A stretch of 64,000 bases of DNA, taken from positions 21,762,001 to 21,826,000 of the forward strand of contig OX597825.1 in assembly GCA_951406725.2 (NCBI GenBank), read 5' to 3'. Position 1 is the stretch's first letter. Every line of letters starts with the position of its first letter. This DNA comes from Octopus vulgaris (Eukaryota). The notes beneath the pieces were generated by a model. It did no database searches and was not told the DNA's origin. It saw nothing but the letters and a program-made list of their open reading frames with translations. Shown here one piece after another: positions 54,025 to 64,000 of the stretch. Made by a program: the position numbers and the translations under genes.

Positions 54025-54292
54025 GTGGAGGCGCAATGGCCCAGTGGTTAGGGCAGCGGGCTCGCGGTCATAGGATCGCGGTTTCGATTCCCAGACCGGG
54101 CATTGTGAGTGTTTATTGAGCGAAATCACCTAAAGCTCCACGAGGCTCCGGCAGGGGATGGTGGTGATCCCTGCTGTACTCTTTCACCACAACTTTCTCT
54201 CACTCAGCCACTTACACGTTAATTTCACGAGCAGGCTGTTCCGTTCATTCGGATCAACCGGAACCCTCATCGTCGTTACTGACGGAGTGCTT
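54025..54292 (+). mobile_element. SINE family C, chimeric
   Basis: Head and body match 44312 up to CAACTTTCTCTCACTC, then the tail matches the 39015 copy (CAGCCACTT...CACGAGCAGGCTGTTC...GACGGAGTG). Confidence 0.85.
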
Positions 54293-54344
54293 CTTAATTA
54301 ATATATAATTATATATTAACTGTATATAATATATTTCATAACTG

Positions 54345-54729
54345 TATTTATTCTCAAATTTGAAGCGACAATTTTTAAATATAGAAAAAAATGACTCAGG
54401 CAAAATCAAACTCACAAATCGACACTTTCATGGATCCTTGCAAATTTGATTGGCCAAACGCTCACCCATCAATTTTAGTCAAACTTAGTTAATACGTACC
54501 TAACCTATCTTGATACTACATAAGTAATATTTTAATGTAGTTTCAAGACACTTCACGCATATATTAACTAAATTTGAAAGAAATTGATGAGTAAGCGTTT
54601 GGCAAATCAGATTCGCATGGAGCCATGAACGCATTGATATGTGGATTCGATTCTGCCTTAGGTTAACTCATCACATTTCAGTCATTTGTTTATATTTAAA
54701 AAGTGTCGGTTCAAAACGGAGAATAAATA
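54345..54729. mobile_element. Fold-back/MITE-like element with long imperfect TIRs
   Basis: TATTTATTCTC...TTTTTAAATATA...CATGGATCCTTGCAAATTTGATTGGCCAAACGCTCACCCATCAATTT pairs with AAATTGATGAGTAAGCGTTTGGCAAATCAGATTCGCATGGAGCCATG...TATATTTAAAAA...GAGAATAAATA. Confidence 0.7.
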
Positions 54730-54842
54730 TCATTATGATATATATTATATAAAGTTAGTATACTATGAGCCTTTCATAGTAGCTTTCTCTCCGTAACTCG
54801 CAAAGCCTTTCCGGGTTTGTTTTTATAAATATTATTTATGTA

Positions 54843-54890
<48 letters not shown>

Positions 54891-54895
<5 letters not shown>

Positions 54896-55680
54896 GCCAT
54901 CCTGTATATAATGCAGTTTTTGCAATAGCATGATCTAAAGGTTGGAGGGGGACGGGAAAAACGACCCGCATCAAGTTACTGCATAAGCAAATTGTAATTT
55001 TAATTTGTTTTAGTCTTCGTACACATTTTGAAGAATGCAGTTCGATTTTTAAGAGTTATATTTTCAAAGCCGAGTTCATTAAAGGCAACAGCGCAACGGA
55101 AAGTGTGGTGAATCTTAATGCGGTATATGGGAATCGGTCAATAAGCGCAAGCCTGTGTCAACGGTGGTTCCAGAAATTCCGAGCCGAAAACTACTATCTA
55201 GAAGATGAGTCTCATCCTGGAAGATCTGTAGAGCTCGACGAGGAAGAATGTATATATATATATATTTAAATTTAAAAAGTAAATATATACATATATATAT
55301 TCTTACATTGTTCCGTCAGGATTTGTTCCGCAAACCCTGGCGGAACAAAGTCCCATTGTAACTGTTGCGAAACTAGCAGAGAAACCTGGATTTGGTTATT
55401 CAACCATTCATCGACCCCTGGGTTCCATCGGAAAAGTCATCAAAGTGTTTCTTGACAAACATCGGCAAAGAGTGAATGTGTGCTTTCTTTGCTGTCACAT
55501 CTCACGAATGAGCCCTTTTTGTTTGGAACGGATAGTGACTGCTGACGAGAAATGGGTTCTGTATAAAAAATGTCAAGTGCTGAGGAGAGTGGGTAGGTAA
55601 AGGAGACACACCGGCACTCCAAACTAAAGTAGGTGTTAACCAACGGGAGGTGTTGCTATCTGTTTGGTGGGATATGAAAT
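54891..55680 (+). mobile_element. Mariner transposase pseudogene, 3'-truncated, with an AT-rich insertion at about 55246-55320
   Basis: EFIKGNSATESVVNLNAVYGNRSISASLCQRWFQKFRAENYYLEDESHPGRS, LAEKPGFGYSTIHR, RIVTADEKWVLY and VLLSVWWDMK. Confidence 0.9.
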
Positions 55681-55734
55681 ATTTAGGGCACTTTCTATAT
55701 ATATTTGCCCTCTCTCTGTTTTTGTCTCTCTGTC

Positions 55735-55773
<39 letters not shown>

Positions 55774-56092
55774 GCTTTTTTCTAGCTGTGTATATATATT
55801 CCATCTATATATAATTATATATATATAAATCCATCTATTTATTTCTATTTCTTCTAGTGCTGACTTGAGTTTACCATTGCCTTGAGTATCGAGAAACTTT
55901 ATAACAGTTAAATTATAGTTATCGCATGTACGCCATATTTCCTGATAGTATCAATGGTGTTAAAATAATTTCCCATGGTGCCAAACATTTGAGGAGAGAT
56001 AACACTCTTGCAAACACAGGCGCTCTCAGACACACAGACGCACGCTCACACACACACACACACACACACATACACACAAACACACACAAACA

Positions 56093-56158
<66 letters not shown>

Positions 56159-56335
56159 CATATATAGTGGAACAAAAAATACATTTTCTTAAATGTGTTT
56201 TATAAATATCTGTACGCGAGAAGTGTTTGAATTTTGCATTCTGAATTGAGGAAAACGATGAAGTGGGAGAAACTTTAAAATTTTCATCCAAGATTTCATG
56301 TGGTACAGCATAGATAGATAATATATATATATATA

Positions 56336-56373
<38 letters not shown>

Positions 56374-56389
56374 TATATATATATATAGA

Positions 56390-56406
56390 TATATATATAG
56401 ATAGAT

Positions 56407-56475
<69 letters not shown>
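56390..56475. repeat. (GATA)n microsatellite following (TA)n
   Basis: Directly visible. Confidence 0.95.
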
Positions 56476-56476
<1 letters not shown>

Positions 56477-56944
56477 TACATGTGGTATAGCATACTTAAA
56501 TATACCATTTCAAAGATTTGTGTTAAAGTATTTAGCACCGAATATTTTATGCATTTTTCCAGGTGTATTCGCTGGAATATTTAAATGAAAACTGACCAGA
56601 ATAAAGCAAGCACGTCATCTTCCAAGATTTACCAGAGCATCATATTTTACCTTGTTAACGCCAAATATGTCCCTTCGGTTAAGCCGTTTGCACTGCATAT
56701 GCGCAAAAGTGTATTATAGTTATTTTGTTGCCTTTTCATTCTAGTAGAAACTTAGTTGATTTTGAATATGTTTTGTAAGCAAATAATATTATAATTCATG
56801 TTCTAAACCATTTCTTTTCCATATATTATCCAATAACATATGAATCCGTACTTGGGTGGGAAATACGCACATTTATACTCACACGTACGCACTGATATTC
56901 ACACACTCACACACACACACATAAATGCATTCTTTTCTAATATA

Positions 56945-57137
56945 GTCACAAGGCCCCAAAAAGATTGGCTGTGGATTTGATCGACCCAAGTACGCAATAG
57001 GTACTTAAATTATCGACCCCAAAAGGATGAAAGGCAAAGTCGACCTCGGTGGAATTTGATCTCAGAAAGGAAAGACAGACGAAATACCACTCAGCATTTC
57101 GCCCGGCGTGCTAACGATTCTGCCAGCTTACCGCCTT
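56945..57137 (-). mobile_element. SINE family A
   Basis: Reverse complement of the consensus. ATGCATTCT occurs on both sides (possible TSD). Confidence 0.88.
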
Positions 57138-57479
57138 CACATACATGCATTCTGTCTACATAGAAACACAAACACACACATATATTATGTTTACATATAT
57201 ATGTCATTAACTGTGGCTGACAGTGCAAGGTAGTACCTACATTTCTATAAATAAGAGTTGAAAACCCTTAGAGCTGCAAATAAGCACATGTCTATGCACT
57301 GACAGAGGTGATAACCGCACCGCGGTAAGCGAGATCCCCAGTCCTTTCTCAAAATTTCATTCGCACCACTAGGTCCCTTTGAATAAACATCTCATTGAAT
57401 GTATATCTCCACACAATCCATATATAATAACAAAATACGTATGAACACTTATCGGAACCTAGATACCATTGTCAAGAAT

Positions 57480-57727
57480 CATTTCTACCCATTCTTCATG
57501 GCACTTTCTCTGGAAAATGGAACTGCAACTGTGATATCCATCTCATATATTTATTTTTATTCACTTATTTCCAAAATGATTTCGTATATTGAACTCTACT
57601 ATTTTCCCCTATTTAACTATTTCAAATCGTCTCTGATGAAGGGATATCCTTCACATCCCTGAAACAGTTGAAAGACTACCTATCTCTTTATAAATGTCCT
57701 AGAAATTTCACACTGCCTTGTTTTGTT

Positions 57728-57730
<3 letters not shown>
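57480..57730 (+). mobile_element. Penelope-type terminus, second family, with hammerhead (57629-57676)
   Basis: GTCT CTGATGA AGGGAT-ATCCTTCAC-ATCCCT GAAAC AGTT GAA AGAC. Canonical core, but the cleavage triplet is mutated to GAA. Abuts (TA)n. Confidence 0.65.
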
Positions 57731-57778
<48 letters not shown>

Positions 57779-57804
57779 ATATATATATTATATATATGTA
57801 GTCG

Positions 57805-57848
<44 letters not shown>

Positions 57849-57923
57849 CATACATACATAAATATATTCATACATATATATATATATATATATACATACT
57901 ATTTTTGTGTATATTATTTACAG

Positions 57924-58032
57924 GTCTCATCGAAAACTCTGGGTTCATGTTGCTTTGGTTTGCGATGCTGACCGAAAAGGCCCGGACGATGGATTATTTC
58001 AAATATTGACAGATGAGCTGAAGAAAGATATT
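57924..58032 (+). CDS. Internal exon C of the MRH-domain gene: (K)[36 protein letters not shown]
   Basis: Acceptor TATTATTTACAG; donor GTAAGT at 58033. 109 nt (1 nt + 36 codons), open only in the frame that continues exon B. R...V-x-L-x-C-D is a typical MRH motif. Confidence 0.8.
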
Positions 58033-58209
58033 GTAAGTACGAAACCATGTAACTAATCCGTTTTCGTTAATGACAAATTCCACATGTGTAGTCCATTGCA
58101 TTTGCAATGATCACATTAAGTTTAATATGTTTTATCTCTTACTTGTTTCTCTCCTCGTATCGGGAGTGTGATTTGAAGAGGTTAGTAGAAAATATCCTCT
58201 TATGTTCTG

Positions 58210-58352
58210 GGATGTTCTGAGTTCAAATTCCGCCGAGGCCGACTTTGACTTTCGTCCTTTTGGGGGTCGATGAAGTAAATACCAGCTCAGAGCTGGGGTT
58301 GATGCAATCGGCTTACCCTTTCCTCCGAAAATGTTGGCCTTGTGCCTAAATT
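58210..58352 (+). mobile_element. SINE family A, 5'-truncated
   Basis: GTTCTGAGTTCAAATTCCGCCGAGGCCGACTTTG... Confidence 0.85.
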
Positions 58353-60337
58353 AAACAGCATTATAAAACACAAAGAATAATCATAGATACTAGTATAAAA
58401 GTATTCAGGTTCTGTATCAAACCTCCCATACTATTAACTATCCACACTTATCTAAAACTGTAGATTCTTGTGTCAGAAGTATAACACAAGCAACACGGCA
58501 TATATTTTACGGAATTAACAGCTAAAACTATACGAAAAATATCAGCTCGTAGTTGCACTTTTTTAAATTTCTCTCAAAACAGTAAATGTTATCTAAAAGC
58601 ATTTTCTTGAAGCCGTATGGTAAAATTAATTGTATTATAATAACATTAGGAAAGCTTCTCAATCAAGCATCCTTTCTTTATTTCAGATGTGAGAAAACGA
58701 AAACTTTTTAATTTATGGAAACACATTTTACAGTTCAATAAATTCTTTTCTTCTTCAAATTATCTCTTACTTTAGAATTTCTGGTGCCTGTAGATTTTTT
58801 AAAAGTAATTTTAAATAAAGGTGTTTCTAAATCCTTCTTCTAAAACGCCTGTATGAATTAGAATTAAGGAGAATAATCTATTAACGTGTCAAAATCCATT
58901 GCACGTCGCAATAGATTTTCCCTTTATTGTTTTTGAAATAACAAAGTAAAGTTAGAAATTCAATCTTCATAGAGTAAGTGAAAGGTAGTCAATTTGCGCA
59001 GCTTTTGAGAATATATATTGCTGCTTAGAATTAATCAGATATGTTTTATTTTAAGAGCTGCGCCCCACAAAACTTGTCGTTACCAACTCTCTTTACTCAC
59101 GGATGTAATAATAATGCAAGACGTTTTGTGGGCAAATTTGCCCAAGCGGCTCTCGATTTCTTAAATCTGAGGCAATGCTGAAGCAGCTGAGAAGTGTTCT
59201 AAATGGATCTTGTCAAAGATGAAGACATAAGTTACACTAGAGTTAACTGTCGTCATTAATAGAAGCGGTAACGGAACTCGGAGTATCTTGGCACTGAGGC
59301 ACAATACACATCAACGAGGGGTGCCGTTCAGACAGTAGTACTTACTGTGGCAAAATCTTGTGGAAGTAGAGGAGTATCCACAAGTCATAGGTTGGATCCC
59401 TTACAAAATTTATAAAATCGATTTGCTTCTGCAAATATTTGCTTGAAAACGACTTATGATAACTAATCGATCTCCTGTATTAATCTTTTCAAGTATATAA
59501 TATGAAAATTGTTTTAACTTCAATGTTTTTTTTTATATTTCGCAAGCATGCAAACTTAAATAATAAAATATATAAATTATGCAAATAACACCAACACACT
59601 AAAATTACTGATCTTGTACAAACATTTGGAACCATCATTATTACCATTATGTTAATACAATTTGATGTGATATTATTTTGTAACTGTGGCTATAATTATT
59701 TTTGTTGATTTCAAATTCTGTCATTCATATTTCACCTTGGGGTTTGACACCCCGTTGAACCGCGGAAATATTTAATATATTCAGTTCAATAGACTGCAAA
59801 ATATATTCCGTGTGCGCATATGTGCACAAACACGCGCACGCGCGGACAATCTTATACGTAGCATAAAATTAAATGCTATGGATAAGAAAATACAACAGTG
59901 TAATGGATCTTTAATAGAAGCTAAGTGTATACGCCATACCTTCCACAAATTGAATTTCACAAACATAAACGATGTCAAATGTCAAAACATCTTTTTCCAT
60001 CATCTACGAATTCCAAGTGCCAACCAAATTCAACCCTTTAAACAGCTGTCCAAATAGATCGATTTATAATCCTGTATGTACTTAAGTATTTAGACATATG
60101 CCAGCCTATAAAATCAAATGTTTACTTTTAGTAAGCAATTTTACAGAAATTGTTAACTACGAATGTCATTGTTAATTTAATACGTAAATTTATGAGTTTT
60201 TTTACCCTCTTTTTCTTACACACCATCGTTTTGCTGATCTCCTTCTTGTCTTTTATAGTTAATTTTTTTCTTAACCATGAGCTATTTTTTGAGATTTCTA
60301 CCACCGACTACATAAAAAATTCTACTCTTATAATTTT

Positions 60338-60537
60338 CATCACTTTCACTTCACTTTGACCGACCAGTCTGTCAGGCGTCCATTTGACACCGCTGGTCAC
60401 AGCAGGCTGTCCACTCCTCTCTGGATCGCGCCTTTCTCATCCACGTGATCCCAATCGTTCTCTTGAAATCGTCACTCCACCGTCGTGGAGGTCTTCCGGG
60501 TGGTCTTTTCCGCTCACGCGGGTACCACTCGACAACT
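60338..60537 (-). mobile_element. RTE-clade LINE 3' end
   Basis: Minus strand encodes VVEWYPRERKRPPGRPPRRWSDDFKRTIGITWMRKARSREEWTACCDQRCQMDA*, an RTE-type C-terminus, followed by a short UTR and an (AAGTG)n-like tail. Confidence 0.88.
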
Positions 60538-60729
60538 GAAATATAAATTACTAAGAAAGCAACTCTGTCTTTTAACTAGGTTTTACACTTTATAGACATT
60601 AGAAAGTGAACCCTCTCTCACCGGTTGAATAACAGGCCGATAATTCTATTCTTAGCGTGTTTATTCTAAACACGTCTAGGCTGGTTCAGATGCAAAATAT
60701 GTCGTTTGTTGTCTGTATACGCAGCAAGA

Positions 60730-60897
60730 AATAGGTATTTCGTCTGTCTTTATGTTCTGAGTTCAAATTTCGCCGAGGTCGACTTTGCCTTTCATTCTTT
60801 CGAGGGCGATAAATTAAGTATCAGTTGCGTACTGGGGTCCATCTAATCGACTCTCTTCTTCCACCAAAATTTCGAGCTTTGTGCCTAGAGTAGTGAA
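60730..60897 (+). mobile_element. SINE family A, 5'-truncated
   Basis: GGTATTTCGTCTGTCTTTATGTTCTGAGTTCAAATTTCGCCGAGGTCGACTTTGCC... Confidence 0.88.
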
Positions 60898-61255
60898 GAT
60901 GAAAGAAGAAACAATAATAACTGTATCAGCACCAAACTTCACATCATGATTCTTGAAAAGCAAATACATAGTCGTTATTTATTTCACTTTATTGTAAGAA
61001 GAAATAGCAATTGCTCGGTTTATTGCTATCAAAGGACAACTATAGCGGTCCATAAAGTGTTAATTCTAAGAAAACTCGTAATTTCCATTCACCGTTATTA
61101 CCATTTCTCATTGTGTAAACACTTGGTATATGCGATAAAATCATTCCTAAAGTCAGCACAATCGTTTTCATGTTGAACAAATCATAAAATATGTGATTTC
61201 ACGAGTATGGTTGCTAATGTATTATTTTCATTTTAATATTACTTACAATATTTAG

Positions 61256-61328
61256 TATGCCGAGCTGAGACACCGGTGTGCCTGTATCAATGGATGTGGC
61301 AAAGCTGCTGTTAACTTCACTCGACCAG
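61256..61328 (+). CDS. Internal exon D of the MRH-domain gene: YAELRHRCACINGCGKAAVNFTRP
   Basis: Acceptor ATATTTAG; donor CAG|GTACGT. 73 nt; only phase 0 is open, matching exon C. Y-x-E-L-x-H-x-C-A-C-x-N-G-C resembles the C-terminal end of MRH domains. Confidence 0.78.
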
Positions 61329-62116
61329 GTACGTAGAAATATTCTTTTATATTTATGATAGATTTAGTAATATTCAATTATTAATCTCGAAATATACCAC
61401 TACTTTCAGTCTAAATAGAAGGAAAACGAAGACGCGTTGATATTAGTATATTGCCGAGAACAGAATCAATAAACTTTTAGATTAAATGTCATACTGTGTT
61501 ATGTCTCTTTTGGTTCTGAGTTTGACTATAACGCAACGGATATCCACTATCTGTTATAGTCTTTCGTGACTCAAAATGTAAGTAAGTTCCATTGAATTAT
61601 AGGAATTGATTTCTTACTCCGGAATTTGTGACGTTTCAACGTTAAACTATACCGATGTTATCTCGCCGCTGAAAAGCGTTATAGCTGTACTTGGTTGCGT
61701 CCCTTATCTTTCTGATTTAAAATCATGCTAAAACCGACATCGAGTTATATCATTTTAACGACGACTTCAGAATAATATAAGTTGGTTATCATTCTGTATT
61801 TAACTGGAAAGGCTTGTGGCCAACCAGTTAGAAGTATTGACTCACGATCATGAGGGTGTGGTTTTGATTAGTAGATCAGGCAGCATGATGTGCTATTAAG
61901 AAAATAATGTCAAGCTGCTTTAGTACACTCAGCTGAAAAGAGTATCAGTCTAGTCCTGGTGTGATTGTCTCTCCCTTAGCTATTGCAACTTCAAGGATTC
62001 TCACGGCCAAGGTTCAAAGGGCTAAGAAAATGTCTATGCCTGCTAGCAACTACAATAGGTTCTAAAACAGCGTAAATGATAAAGGAAAAACAATGAGCTT
62101 CTTTTATATATACATA

Positions 62117-62191
<75 letters not shown>

Positions 62192-62954
62192 ATTCATGCG
62201 ATAACAGTTTGGGTGTAGTTCTATATTTGATGTTTATATTTTGGAACTAGCTCACTTTATAATATCTCTTGCCCACGATTAAATCCTTCTGCAGCAAGAC
62301 GACTGTGCATTTACGATTCCATGTATATCTAAATTACTTCAGTTCAATCTAAAAATAGTTTAAGAAATGTTGCATCTATTGCACGACACGCCATTTTCCT
62401 TACGTTATCGCTATGAAAATATGATACCTTCAAACATTTGAAAGCCATTATTTAGAAAATAGGTTGTTCAGTGTTACAGAAATGGATATCTACTAGTCAT
62501 TGTATCATATGAGATAAAACATAATGAAGGTGATATCCGGAAGATCAATACAGTTGATAAATATGAAATTATTCCACGAAGACTCAAACAACGAAGTCAC
62601 TTAATAGACTTGTTTGTCATATAAATTACTGTGGCAATGATATTACTTAAGGCTATGTTCTTTCAAGTAGTTTGTAGTGTGATATGGAAGAACTAAGAAA
62701 ACAGTGGCGAAAATTAATTGCAGTACAGGAAAATCGTCTTTTACGGTATTGAAATAAACAAAACTGTTAAATAAACGGCACCCAGAAGAGAAAAGGAAGG
62801 GAAGTGTCCGTTAAGGAGAGCCACGGGAACTTTTGATAATTTCCGTTAATTAAATGATTGTCATGAAAAGAAAGTTTTCACTGTATCTAAAGTGAATCGT
62901 TTGATCTCATGGTACAGTACAGTATTTTAATTTGCAATACCTATATATTTATTG

Positions 62955-63200
62955 TGGAGGCGCGTGACTTAGTGATTAGGGTGTCAGCATCATGATCGTA
63001 AGATTGTGGTTTCGATGCCTGGACCGGGTGACGTGTTGTGTTCTTCAGTAAAACACTTCATTTCACGTAGCTCCAGTCCACTCTGCTGGCAAAAATGAGT
63101 AACGCTACGATGGACTGGCGTCCCGTCCAGCTGGGGAACACATACGCCACAGAAACCGGGAAACCGGGCCCATGATCCTGGGTAGGCTTCAAAAGGGCGC
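62955..63200 (+). mobile_element. SINE family C
   Basis: GTGGAGGCGCGTGACTTAGTGATTAGGGTG head; tail GAAACCGGGAAACCGGGCCCATGA. Confidence 0.9.
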
Positions 63201-64000
63201 AGAAAGATATATTTATTACGTTAATACAACGTGTTTGTTACCTGAATTATGCTTATATTTCTTCCTTATATCTCTCATTTCTACTATATTCTGGGTCACT
63301 TATATAAAAAAGTCAGTTAACCAGCAACCTTTCTGTCCTAGTAGTATCGGATTAGAGGAAGTTTACTGTATTTAATTATACCTCTCAAATAAATGGCGCA
63401 GATTTCCTGTTACTCCAGCTGCTATGAATTAATTCATGTTTCTTAAAAGAAATATGTAGCATTGAAAAATATGAATTTTGTATTACAAAATAAGAAACGT
63501 AAATATTGAGTGAGAAATGTCGTGGATATAGTTACCAAGCTTAGCAACAGCGAGTAAAGGACATGTAGGGATATACCTAACAGAGGATAAAGTTAGAGTT
63601 ATGTGCTGAGTGTCGGAAAAGGAAGTCCACTGTACGTTACTAATTTCATAAGTAATAACCATTTTTGTTACAAAACATCTGGGCGGGGAATAGAATAGAG
63701 TAGGTAAGGCAAGTGATAGAGAAAAAAGTTACTAAGTTTTAATATCTCTTTATGTTTCAAGATCAAATAGGAATGATATAGATTTTCCTTCCCAATGTTT
63801 GTGGTCGATAAGATAGAATTTAATTGAAATCAAATCTCCTTTAAATTTGCATGTCTTTGAACCTACTGAAAAATCAATTAATATGCTTTTGCTTGTTAGA
63901 AATTCCTTCTAGTTTGGTAGGTTGACTCTATTATATTATTGATTTCATACTTAGCTACAAAACCGCACGTTTAGAGAAGAAGCGAGAAGTAGTTCTTTGA

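Noticed and set aside
63172-63375. Hydrophobic ORF as a candidate transmembrane exon of the MRH gene
   Set aside because: It starts within a SINE, has no suitable acceptor, and the hydrophobicity reflects T-rich composition.

Overview
AT-rich, microsatellite-dense eukaryotic DNA whose SINE families look like those of an octopus (coleoid cephalopod); the species call is an inference. The window lies inside one + strand host gene that the ORF track does not resolve. Four GT-AG exons (2342-2450, 25281-25414, 57924-58032, 61256-61328) join in phase to encode most of a cysteine-rich mannose-6-phosphate-receptor-homology (MRH)-like domain, separated by introns of about 22.8, 32.5 and 3.2 kb. The introns hold three tRNA-derived SINE families and decayed R4/Dong-like, HERO-like, RTE and Penelope-like retroelements. 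They also hold mariner and Tc1 remnants, Helitron/Helentron-type elements and MITE-like inverted repeats. Three observations stand out. (1) Two independent, TSD-flanked insertions of the same retroelement 3' end both form fold-back palindromes (454 bp and 134 bp), with arms stopping 44-45 nt from the element's 3' end. (2) About ten hammerhead-ribozyme motifs sit in Penelope-type termini, several with non-canonical cores. (3) One SINE locus has left and right flanks copied from two different sites in the window. All alignments were made by eye and repeat boundaries are approximate.
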